Made by a program: the position numbers and the translations under genes
Notes under the pieces: model-generated
The model's input: only the letters and a program-made list of their open reading frames with translations
Told to the model about the DNA's origin: nothing
Database searches by the model: none
Assembly (NCBI RefSeq): GCF_964204645.1
Contig: NC_134033.1
Span: 11,602,655-11,666,654, forward strand
DNA from: Tubulanus polymorphus
Lineage: Eukaryota; Animalia; Nemertea
Length of the DNA stretch: 64,000 bases
Reading direction: 5' to 3'
Shown here: positions 36,773 through 48,234 of the stretch, in pieces
Layout: each line of letters begins with the position of its first letter
Position numbering within the stretch: the stretch's first letter is position 1

Positions 36773-38635
36773 TAAGCATCGTATTTTCATACATTTATGT
36801 ACAGATGAACTGTAAATGATATCTGGATAAGATCAAAGCCTGATCGAAATGATCCGAATATTAAGTGGGTTTGACTGTATTGTTAAAGTGCTAGCATAAG
36901 AACAATCATGGAAATATTTCATAGGGAAAATACATTCAAAGCTGTTGGGACCAAAACATAAACGCGATGATGTTGTCAATTCAGCATCAGAAGAAAGAAT
37001 GATATTTCTATCGCATTGAGTTAGAGGTTTGGCGATATGTTCTCAGAATAATATTAAGTCAATTAAAACAAATTTCTTTGGAAAATTCATTGTAAATAGA
37101 CAAATTAATGATGTGTTTCTAAATTTTATATATTTTATTTCTATGTAATATAATTTTGATTTTGAAAATGATGATCGTGCATAATGTGTAATTGTGTTGA
37201 ATTGTGGTTGTTGTGTGGCAGGATGGATCATCAATGGTTTTTTTCACAAAAGATACATCTGAAATAGGCCATCTTCACTCGTCAAGGGATTCGAACTCAC
37301 TAAAAGCTAAAGCCGTTCCTGGAACAGCTGGTGGAAACGAATCGGGAGCGATACCGTATCCCTGGCAAGCGGTGGATGGAAATAGGCGTGAGGCCTAGTG
37401 TAGACTCGTTGCCGGTCTCTATTCTGACTGCGAATGTTTCGTGCAAAATTAGACAGGCAACCAGTCTGAGGTAGTGTTCTTCAATAATGCACGTGACCTC
37501 ATACATGCAGTTGGTGTCAGACATAATGACAAAAGGGTAACTTTGAGGACTGTCTGTTTGAATTGTCATGTAAATCATTTATTGTGTTTGACCACCAATA
37601 ACAGAGGTCGAATAGAGATCGTGGACATGGAGTCTATTTTTTTGCATCCATCGATGTAATAACCCCAATTGTTATAATTGCTCACTCTCCTGAACCCTCT
37701 AGCTTCTCATATAAACTATCCTGAAATTATCAAAAATCATCAACTCTCATTTCCTTCCCCTTTGTTTCTTCATTTCCCTTTCGTTTTTTCCCTGGGTGCT
37801 AGCGACAGTGGCCTAAAGGCTTTGCTTGGCCCACACTGAAAGCTACTGTTCTCTATCTCTTTTTATAATTGTGCTTTTTTTTAAATTGTAAGTTTTATTG
37901 TTCGTTTTCTCTCAACCTGTGTACATAGCCTGTCATGCTTTCTGTGAAATAAATTTGAACTTGAACTTGAACTTGCAATGGCCGAGTTTGGTCGCCCGTT
38001 AGTGTTAGTAACACAATAACAGCAGAAGATGATATGGTTATTAACAAATTCCGTTATATGCCACGCGTAAATCATGATCGGTTATAAAAAGGATGCGATC
38101 AAACTGGTCGTGTTAAACGTAGATATGTTTATGAGTTGCAAAACATATCAAAGGACAAAGCAATAATTTGACCCGTGCTAAAATTTGGCTCGGGCCTGGT
38201 CGGACGTTGATTGAAAATAATGGTCGTGCATAATGTGTAATTGTGTTGGTACTGGTACGGGCCAAAACGCTGGTGTGCGTTCGCGGCTTATATGGCGTAG
38301 ACACATGGTAATGCACAAGACATGACATGATTTAAATAATTACCGTTACCGGGTATTTCACACACTATGATAAATAGTCAGATTATACATGTATATTACC
38401 CCGCGTTGATCTAAAATGTTTCATTAGGAAACGTTTAACGCCTGACACAGCAATAAATGCAACAATATTTTAAGAGATCTTAAAACGTGCTGCGAACGAT
38501 GCGTTAAATTGATGTTTGGTGATAAATACGACACTTAGACATATGTGTCAGTGACGGCAATGTCTTAAAGATCGACAACAACTGGCATATACTGTAACCG
38601 TGATCTATGCGACTATTTCTGTACAATAGAAAGCG

Positions 38636-39649
38636 ATGTTTAACGTATCCGGCTATACGAACTGTCCACCCGTAAGATTTAAATACGTGTTCGTACATAA
38701 CTTGTACATCTACGGAGTTGGGGCCGTTTGCATTTTTGGCATAGTTGGTAACGCGCTCAGTTTATTAGCGTTCGGTCTCGAACGACAAGCGGCGGTATCG
38801 ATTAAGATCTTGAAGGTTTTGGCGTGTTGCGATATGTCGTTTCTGTGCGTTTGTTTCGTGTACTTTTTCATCAGGCACGTCCGGTACGAGATACGATTCG
38901 GAGATCTGGTGTTCAGGTACAGGGACAACGATATCGACGCCGAGTTGGCGTATATTACTTTCGTATTATACTTTATCACGCAACAAATCAGAAACTGGAT
39001 CACCGCCTACATTTCCGTGAATCGCTTCCTGAATATAAAATACCCTCTCTGGTCCAGGCGAGTCCTGACGTGGAAATGTTGCAAAATCAACATCGTTTTC
39101 ACGTTTCTAATATCCATAGTTAGTCACGTTCCGCGATACTGGCTGTCCAGTCTGGAATATGAAAATATTCACCATTGCTCTTTAGATATTTATGCGTCAT
39201 CTATAATAACTGTACCAGTATCGTACGCTCGATTTGATATGATCGTCTATTTCGGATTTCTGGTCGGTTTTCCGTTGGGCGTTCTTTACGCTACGAACCT
39301 AGGCCTGCTCAATTCCATTCATATCGCTCGTGCGCGGCGTTCAGTAGTCCTGGCGGCCCACGCGTCCTCAACCAAGTCCAGTCGTAGAACCAGACAGGCC
39401 GATAAGATGGTGATGGCAATTCTACTGATATTTACAATTTGTGAGACGCCAGCTTGCGCAGATCGAGTCGCGAGTGCGGCGGGTTTCGCGTTCAAATCAA
39501 ACGATTTCAAACAGTACGCCAGAAAGGCCGGTCTGTTTCTGGTAGTTCTCGATTCGGCGTTAAATTTCGTCGTTTACCTTTCTTTAAATTTGAAATTCAG
39601 ACAAAATCTCAAACGACTTTTTGAAACATGGAAATCACAAGTAACATGA
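38636..39649 (+). CDS. Intronless rhodopsin-class (class A) GPCR, FMRFamide/peptide-receptor-like, 337 aa
   Basis: Seven hydrophobic segments; TM1 GIVGNALS, TM2 LACCD, TM3 SVNRF..I.YP, TM6 FTICETP, TM7 DSALNFVVY, helix 8 KFRQNL. Confidence 0.88.
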   Translation: MFNVSGYTNCPPVRFKYVFVHNLYIYGVGAVCIFGIVGNALSLLAFGLERQAAVSIKILKVLACCDMSFLCVCFVYFFIRHVRYEIRFGDLVFRYRDNDIDAELAYITFVLYFITQQIRNWITAYISVNRFLNIKYPLWSRRVLTWKCCKINIVFTFLISIVSHVPRYWLSSLEYENIHHCSLDIYASSIITVPVSYARFDMIVYFGFLVGFPLGVLYATNLGLLNSIHIARARRSVVLAAHASSTKSSRRTRQADKMVMAILLIFTICETPACADRVASAAGFAFKSNDFKQYARKAGLFLVVLDSALNFVVYLSLNLKFRQNLKRLFETWKSQVT

Positions 39650-40945
39650 AATACGAATCCAGTGTAACGCTATATCAGTTTATGCTTATGCGTGTAAAAT
39701 ATCTCGTAGCCAATGTGAAAAGGGCAGTTCTTATTCCAATTTTGGATTTTTCCATTTTCTATTAAACAGACAAAAATCTGAAACTTTTATAGATTTGAAA
39801 CTGGGAACATCCAGCTTGCCAGCTCAGTGTATTAAACCGCTAGAATACTTAGCTCTAGTTGTTTGATGTTGTTGATCGTTTATTTGGAGTGACCAGTCTT
39901 CACGCGTCTATCCCTATTCACTACACTCGGGGAGTTTTTGATCAGGCCTGATTGTCTGGAATTTTCACTTCACTTTTACTTACAAAAGACAATTCGGGTT
40001 TAAAATATATCATATATGCGACGTTCAATAGATAGATACGTATAGTTGAATATTATTGGCGTGAGCACAGGGAGTTACTGTAGGGATTCAAGTGAATCTC
40101 ATAGTTCTGGTTTCATAGTTCGGAGATCGACAATGTGTAATACCCGACTTTCAGGTTGTTGTAGCATTAGAAACATTAATCAATACTTAATACCTGGTAT
40201 GTTAAAACCGCTTATATGAGAAAAAAATTATGTTATGAGTCGCAACAATTTTACTACAGCTTTATTGCTGCGAACTTAGCTTTCGCCAGACACTTTTATG
40301 ACTGACTATAAGCCGCTTGCGAGACGTGTGTATGAAATCGATGGGTTTTATATACAAATTTGGCTCTGCTGTGGTCATGTTTCTCACAAATATCACATAT
40401 CATTATTATTTTAAACATACTGTCAACCTGAATAGGAATTTTAATTAGAAATATTTGAATCAGCTACGCGCTTCTATATTTATATGATGGATGCTCGTAG
40501 TTTGTAAATCCCGGTGAAGCTACTATACATTAGTAGCTGAAACTCGCAGGGGCGGATCCAAGCTACATTCCACTGTATTCCAGAAAATGGTAGAAAAAAA
40601 TTGTGAGTAACATATTTTCTATAAGTACCTAATCTCACAGGTCCAGAATGCCTTCAAATACAAGGGAAAAGAGGATTTTCAAACCCCCTTTAATGAGCTT
40701 CGCCGCCGGTATATCACTGAGCAATAATTTCTAGGAGTCAAATATAGTCAAATTCACCAGTTGGATCCTGAACTCGTGCATCTAATAAACTATTGTCACA
40801 CCAATAAAGTGCTCTCCGTCTACTTGCAGTTACAATCCTGATGCGGGCGGATGATCTCGTTTTCTTACGATGTTTGAGGTAAACGTTTTCACTCGTGCGG
40901 TAATGAGAAACGAAGATATCTTTTTTTCACTCTTTATCACCCGAA

Positions 40946-41290
40946 TGACGTCACGCACATCAGCGCCACTGATTAATTCACGACGAAATAAGTAAACTCA
41001 CCCGTCGATATCTTTCATCGGAACAATACATTACCGCTTACAAACCGTCAACTGATTTTCGAATCATCGGAAGCAATAGATACAATTCCTAGATTGAATA
41101 GATCGAAAAGTTCAAATTAAGAATGTTATCTGAAACAGAAATCAGAATGCGCCAATAAAACTTGAAATGACGGCGTCGATTATTATTTTGTAAGCCGCTT
41201 ATTGTTTTCTCTCATAAGCGGTTTAACATAGTATTAAATCTTGCTTGATCGTATAAATAACCGATAGTTTTCTAGCTTTGTCAACTGTTG
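40946..41290 (+). promoter_or_regulatory. Promoter of the peptide gene: CRE (TGACGTCA 40946), CCAAT (41152), TATA box (41252), Inr-like TCAACT (41281)
   Basis: Motifs read directly; TATA-to-Inr spacing of ~30 nt is canonical. Confidence 0.6.
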
Positions 41291-41587
41291 GGAATCGTCT
41301 ACAACAAGCCGAAAAAACCAGGTAAGTGAGCTAGTCAGTTTGTAGGTACAAATCGTTGATTCTGAATTCAGGTAAGTGACACCACAGAGAGCTAGTTTCT
41401 CAGTTGTAGGTATAAATCGTCGATTCTGAATTCAAAGTCGATTAAAATTCGTTGTTTTAGAGCTTTATAATACGAAATTCGCGTGGTTCCAAAGCAAATA
41501 TGCCGGAATTGATACTTAATACGTATATCATACCAGGCTATATTTATATAGTAAATCAATTCCAATAATGTTCATCCACATTTCAGA

Positions 41588-42030
41588 ATGTACAAAACTC
41601 TGTTTATCGCCTTGGCCTTGTTTATGGTCATCGGAGCCATTGCCGCAGAAGGTAAATACATTCAATCTGTCCAATACACGCCTACAACGCTTTATTTAGT
41701 AACGATGATTTCAATTTCTGACTGAAATTTTACTAAACTTACTAAACCTATGTCACATACGTAGACTGGTAACGTAGGCCTCTGAATCAGACTGGTTACG
41801 AAAGCCTCTGAATCGAGTGAACTTAACTAGTCGGCTAGTTCTGAAGTGTAGTGCGCCCCAGAGGTTTGAATAATTGACGTATATCACACATCTTATGATT
41901 TGCAGAAGTAGAGATTGAAGAGAGAGGACTTCCATGTTTCTGCAACGGTAAACACGGAACCTACTGGTTGATCGGTGGACCTAGCAGCGGCTGTTGCTCA
42001 CGATTGATGGGCAGATGTTGTCCACATTAA
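41588..42030 (+). CDS. Secreted cysteine-rich peptide precursor (62 aa), BDS/APETx-like defensin-fold toxin candidate; 2 coding exons (41588-41651, 41906-42030)
   Basis: Spliced translation MYKTLFIALALFMVIGAIAAE-EVEIEER-GLPCFCNGKHGTYWLIGGPSSGCCSRLMGRCCPH*; phase-1 GT-AG intron 41652-41905; upstream TATAAATA 41252, non-coding exon with donor GTAAGT at 41322, acceptor TTTCAG at 41586, AATAAA at 42102. Confidence 0.88.
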
Positions 42031-42656
42031 ATATCCCGATAAACATCGACCGACGCGTCATCGATATTTGACTGATTGCATATAATTTGCATACCAGTTA
42101 GAATAAAAAAGATGATCTAACTGAAATTATTCTTACGCTTTTTCCATATGATTCAGGGGATAATGGACTGGAATAGGTAATCGGTTCAAGACTGTTCTAT
42201 CACAATAGCAGCGACATATGACAATTCAAGAAAGCCGCTTGTTGTTGACAGCCATTGACGCGCTCTCCAAATCCAATCTGTCCAATCTTAATGATAATTT
42301 TCGTTCATCATTAAGTATCATCCAAGGCATCCACGTTATCGCATGTTTGAAGACAATGGTGCGTAATGCGAGGAAATTGCCGTAACTTGACCGAGGCATG
42401 GTACATTTATGTGCATGACTGCGAGATATTACGATTTTGAGGGATAAATCAAATCGTCTACTGGAATGGTTAGAATATCTGTCCGAAGTTGTCATGCTTG
42501 AATGAAGAAACTATTTATGATAAATAGTACGGATTGTACTCCACATTTTCTTTCAAAGATGAACAATTAAGACTAACACAGTTTCAAATTAGACATTTTA
42601 CTCGTTATAACAACAAACTAGTTGTTGATGGTTTACAACGAGTTTGACCGCACACT

Positions 42657-44144
42657 TTATTCACTGACTCCGCTACAATCATATTTTCCATCATTATCTA
42701 GCGAGCAATCCTTACACTTCAAATACCATATCAGCATTTTATTCACTGCTTTGTCGTAGATTTCACAATCCATATCGTCGATATTCGTCGATTCATATCC
42801 TAAAAAAATGCATTAAGATCTTCTTTTACAATTAATTTTCAAATAAAACTATAGCCTATTCCGAATAAACTTTACTCGAAATAATCACTCAAAATAATCC
42901 TCCGAAATCCCTGTATATGAGAAAGGTAGTTTATTTCGAGTTAGTTACTCGGACTAAACCTCGCATATTTTCTTTCACAAAATCCCCAGGACGCTTTCGT
43001 ACATTTCCGTAGGTCCCGATACAAAGGTCATTTACGTGACGTCTCAGCTGACAATTTCATATTCCATATTCGTACGCAATAAATTCAAACATAGCCAATT
43101 TATTTCAATAAGGTTCATAGGTGCGGGTTCCTCCTCAAACCCTGTCGGTCGTAACGTCCATTGCATTGGCCATGATTTATTTTTGATAATTATTAAGCAA
43201 TTAATATTACTGTTACTAGGGTTACATTATTAGAGCAAGTCCGATGAAATCTCGACCAAGCCTTCATTAAAGTATTTATTTGCTCGCAGGGCTCTCCCAA
43301 TATATTACGTAGTTTAGAATATATGAACTCACCCATATCATTTAGACGGTCATGATGGTCGTCATAAATGCATTTCCATCTATTACACCTGGCAGTTAAA
43401 GTCGAGTTTGTATTATGCCAGCAAGTTGATACTAATCGTTTCATTTCGGAATACGCTTTCATACACTTTTTTAGTGCGTTGCGAATCAGCGGGATCCTAC
43501 GATTAGTGTTACACTCAATAAGGCCAGCAATGCACAATTCGCAATCTATGGAATCCGGATCTGCACACTTAGTTTGACAAACTGCATGATTTTCGGCTTG
43601 GATTTTTTCCATTTCAGCCCACCATAAGCTAATATTTCTTTGCGCTCTATCGTAATTTGGACATCGGACTGAAATTATGAAATGCTGACGGCGTTAGCAT
43701 GGCTTTTTAAATCGACCCGCAAAACGCAAACTTGAACGCAAACTTCGAATGGAATTTGGTTTAAACAATTGTAATTTCTAAAATATATTTCCTGCAAAAG
43801 TTGATTTGCTTTCGAATAGTTTCTATCGGGGTTAATTTGTAATCGAGGTGTATTGATGATTTGGGAACTCTTTAGTCGTTTCTAGTTTCTCTTTTAGTCA
43901 AACCGCCAGTTGGTGTTGGTCAATTCATGGAGCCCGTAATGCACATGGCTTACATTGACGACCAGCCTAACATAGCTTTATTCTACCTAGTAAATCTAAC
44001 AACTTAAGACTGGTCTCATGATTTAGAACCGCTTTTGGACTTCAGTCAGTATTGTGCGACTGGCCCTATAGGAGTGTTTACCGTCTCTACGTACATTTGC
44101 TCCTGCAGCGGTGGCGCAGTCGTATAACAGAATACATCATAATT
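42657..44144 (-). CDS. Cysteine-rich orphan gene or frameshifted pseudogene; 5' structure uncertain
   Basis: Phase-compatible exons 43668-43226 (RCPNYDRAQRN...VCQTKCADPDSIDCELC...RTCSNN), 43047-42960 (LRRHVNDLC...ENMR), 42799-42657 (GYESTNIDDMDCEIY...KCKDC...YDCSGVSE*); possible upstream exon 44144-44082. Confidence 0.5.
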
Positions 44145-45119
44145 CTAGATTTTGTTCGAAGAATTACATCTTACGTTTTACGATAATGCGATAATGCACA
44201 ATGCATTTCCCTGTACAATTTCAACGAGAGCTATTATCCATTGGACAGCAAAAAACTACAAATTATGTCCATGTTACAACTTACCTCCTGTTGAGGGTGA
44301 CACTTACATTTTTACCCAACTTCATATATGAAACTAAGATCACCAACAAGAATGATCATACTTATCTAACTTACATTCAGCACAAAATACATCGACCAAA
44401 TTTCCAACAAACAGAAGACCACAAAAACACAAGCAAATCTACTGCCATAACTTACATTCTTCAGTGGAAAGCGACGCGAGCAGGAAAACCTCAGCAATAA
44501 CCAATAAGCGAGCGGCAATCATTGTTTAATCAGCCAGCTAGTCGAAAGAAAGCAAATTTCTGAATGACGACATCACGTTAGACAAAATCGCTCCGTTCAA
44601 ATAGGAGAAAATCGACGTCTGAAACCACCCGATTGGCTGGCGCTTTGACAGATCTGACACCACACCTGCCAGTGATTAGAAAAGGCAGACCGAACAAAGC
44701 ATAAAATTTGCTGAAAAAATAATACTGCTTAGGCGAGATGATTTTGCAATATCCCGGGATTATTTTTTTGATTCATCCAAAGCAGCAGGGGATGCAGGGG
44801 ATGAATGGGGCGATCTAATTCTTGGTGTTAGGTTCGAACGCGCCTCTTCGATCAACAAGCTGTTTCCACATGACGGGGTTTAATAAAAAATGTCGATGGA
44901 ATATTATTCGGTAGAAAACTTAGCCGCGTGATATGGTATGGTGAACAAAATAGAAATAAGAGTAAACTTGTGTAAAGAGTCAAATGAAATTTTAATTATC
45001 GAACGTTAGATAGACAAGGTTCAAAGAGATAGAGTACTAGAATATCATATACAATAACGTTTATCGTGCGTTTACGGTCATTCTAACAACTATCATTTAC
45101 CTAATTTTACCTTTTTGCG

Positions 45120-45780
45120 AGTGGGATCGCAGAATATGAAACTGATCCTCTGGCTCCCCATACTCCCGATTGTCTATGGCAGGAGGTGGATGGAAGTGGA
45201 TGTGGTATATCTGGTGAAGTGCCGTTTGTGGGTCCCTTCAGGTCACTTGTTTAGCGGACCGATCATAGCCAGCCTCTAGTCCCAACATGCGCTGGCTTCC
45301 CAGTATTCTTGTAGCTTCTGGATATATGTCATTTTGTACGCAGCCATCAGCTTCAGATCGGCAGGATACAGTTCCTGGGGTGTAGGCGAGTCAGTCAAGC
45401 CAGCTACTCTGGCGGCTTTTTCGTTGACCATGACACCAGCATGCCCAGGCACATGGACCCAGCAGACTTTACACACAGGATGTTGCTGTGATGCTGCATG
45501 CAAATTGCAGGGCACATTCCCAGCAGTGATTCTGCTTAGTACTGCCATAGAATCAGCGGCAAACAACCTATCATTGAGATCGGAAATTTGCGTTAGATAT
45601 TCCAAAAGATCCCAAATCTGCCAATCTGCCATCCCATGTTTAATGATGCTATAATGGCAAGTCAGTACAAGCCAACTAGCTGTACACAAGTAGTCAGTGT
45701 AAAACACATTGGCTAGCACTGGGTCTCTCCATAGACGTATAAACTAGATATCTCTGATAATCTAGTTTATACATTCATGG
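45120..45780 (-). mobile_element. Degenerate non-LTR retrotransposon fragment (RNase H domain)
   Basis: ORF 45276-45719 contains F(A)ADSMAVL and WVHVPGHAGVMVNEKAARVA, matching the RNase H DS and WVPGHxGxxGNExAD motifs, with catalytic residues eroded. Confidence 0.7.
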
Positions 45781-45816
45781 TAAACAGATCGTAATGTTTC
45801 AAATTCTGCATTCTGA

Positions 45817-45957
45817 GGGGCTGCAGTTGCTCAACAGTTGGTTAGAGTTAATCAGTTGATAGTTGACATAGTGCCAATTGAAAGTCCATTGTTATTATGG
45901 TATTTTATTTATCCACCGACCAACTTATCTTAGACCAACTTTTGAGCAACTGGCCCC
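45817..45957. mobile_element. Short palindromic MITE (GGGGC..CAGTTGCTCAA / TTGAGCAACTGGCCCC)
   Basis: Inverted ends read directly. Confidence 0.65.
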
Positions 45958-48234
45958 TGATTGATAAAAACACGACCAGGAGTCTCTACGATCAATTTGT
46001 TTTCGATCCCCAAATAAGATCGTAAGGGAAAGCAAACATTGACTCATTCTGAGTACTGTTGAACGTAGTTAATACGATTCGGTTTAGGACGACACGTGTT
46101 GCGATGATTTTCCGGTATGTCCCGGCAAATCAAGATTTGGATGATACGAAACATGTTTAAATATAATTTCACTTTGCCCACAAGATTCATATTAATTAAA
46201 GAGAAACCACTGTAGAAAAACCGCGCGCAATCATAAAAGTACATAAGCTTTGCCTATGTGTACGATAGATATTCTGTAAAGCCAGACGACTGAGATGTGA
46301 CAGTGATAAAAATTGACATTGTCTACCAGGTGGCAAAAACTGTTATTGCATTAGCCGAGTCTCCTTGAATTATTTTCCGAATCAACCAAAGATGTAGGAG
46401 ATGCACTGGATGGGATTGTCTTCCATTGCTCCATTGAAGAACAGTTCCTTCGATAAAATTCGATCAAAATGTCGACGGAACATTAAACCTAAGTCATACG
46501 GAAATAAAAATTCAACTTGTGTAAATAGTAATATGAAATACAAATTATCGAAATCAAATGTTTACAATGTTGACGAAGTTAAAAGAGGTGTTTTTGATTG
46601 CATTTGCTTTATACAATATAAGGTTTACTAAAGATTTTGCCTCGACAAAAAAAAACTCGGTATGCATCAGATTTTACGTTCTGGTCAAAGAGTCAGAGGT
46701 TTCTTCGATCCATATCTGTTTTTACTCTCCTAAGAGATCGCCAAGCCCAACGCACACGACACAGGGAAACAGGAGGCAGGAGACAGAAACATGTTTCTGT
46801 CGTGCGCGTCCACAAGAAATACGGTTTCCGAGATCATACATATATATTTGTTTCCGAAATTTCGTGTTTCTCCGTTTCCCTTTATCGTGTGCGTTCGGCT
46901 TAAGGGTTGCCAACATAGGCTCGGTTTGAGTAGATAGAAACTTATAACTTATTATCTAAAATACATGAAGATACATATATAACACATAAAGATACATACA
47001 TAAATACATAGAAATAAAGCCTACGTGTGCGATAGATATTCGCGCATAGCAATAAAAATCTATCGAGTACTGAAATGTGACATTGACACACCCAGGTGGC
47101 AGAACACTGTATGCATGTAATACATGATATCACATCATGGTTCTTTGTTATAGAACTTTTCCGTGTGGTTTCATTCTAATCACCGAACGTCGCTCGAACA
47201 AATTGTATTTTATCACTCAAACATGTATCCCAGCCATACATTTATGAAACAAGTGGCAGTGAATTGAAATAGAGCGCTGATGTACTTTATGACGTCACCC
47301 TTCGCCAATATTGTTTGAGTACATTGATAACTATAGGGGGTTGTGTTAGTCGATGTAGTTACGGTACGTCTTCAATACTGGCCTTTCAAAACAACGTTGA
47401 TTCAATTTATCTCATCATCCATATCTTATTCTATATTTGATAGATATTGATATCATTTTAGGCAAAATGTACCATGTTGATAGAGAATTTCTCAGTTTTT
47501 GGTACAGTACATAGCTAATATACAAAACAATATAACGGCATTTTAAGGGTCCAGAGGGCAAGGTCCAGCGGGTCAAGAGGGTCAGGGTTAGGGTCTAGAG
47601 GGTTTAGGATAAGGTGAAGGGTTAGGGTAAGGTGAGGCATTATAATAGGGTATGTTAAGGTAAGGCTATAAGTAGTCTAAACGTTCCTTTACCGACCGGT
47701 CGTAAGATGTGCACTACGTCATCAATATACCGGAACTAGACTGGTCACCGGACAATTCAATTCAATTATCGATATATTCAAATTCAAAATCACTTTATTG
47801 ATCCATAATATTATATAATTTTTTATTTTGTTATATATTGTCGTAAATATCAAGCGATATATGCGTTATTTTTCGAGGCGTAGATCTATAACAATGAAAT
47901 TAGTTTTCGCGTTATTGAATAGGGCCTATCCCGGTAAGGTACCATCTCGTAGGCTACTAAGCCGGGAGATGATAAAGCTATTTGGTCCTCATATACCGAT
48001 AGTTCACAGAACTAATCTGTAAAATATTGATCGTTACACAGCTTGCAAATGCCGTACATAGCCTGTGCGTGTAGTGCACGAACAACCATTTACTAGCTCG
48101 TGTGTATTTTGCGTCGTTTCTTTAGGAACAACGCGCCGCCGACCTGGAAATCATGAAGCCGACCTCATCATGACATATAAACTAGTTTACACGACAACGA
48201 TATCATATACATGTACTGCATAGACCGGAGTACT

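Noticed and set aside
47545-47640. TTAGGG-like G-rich tract as an interstitial telomere
   Set aside because: Only scattered, degenerate GGGTTAGGG units; common low-complexity sequence (also near 30470-30520).
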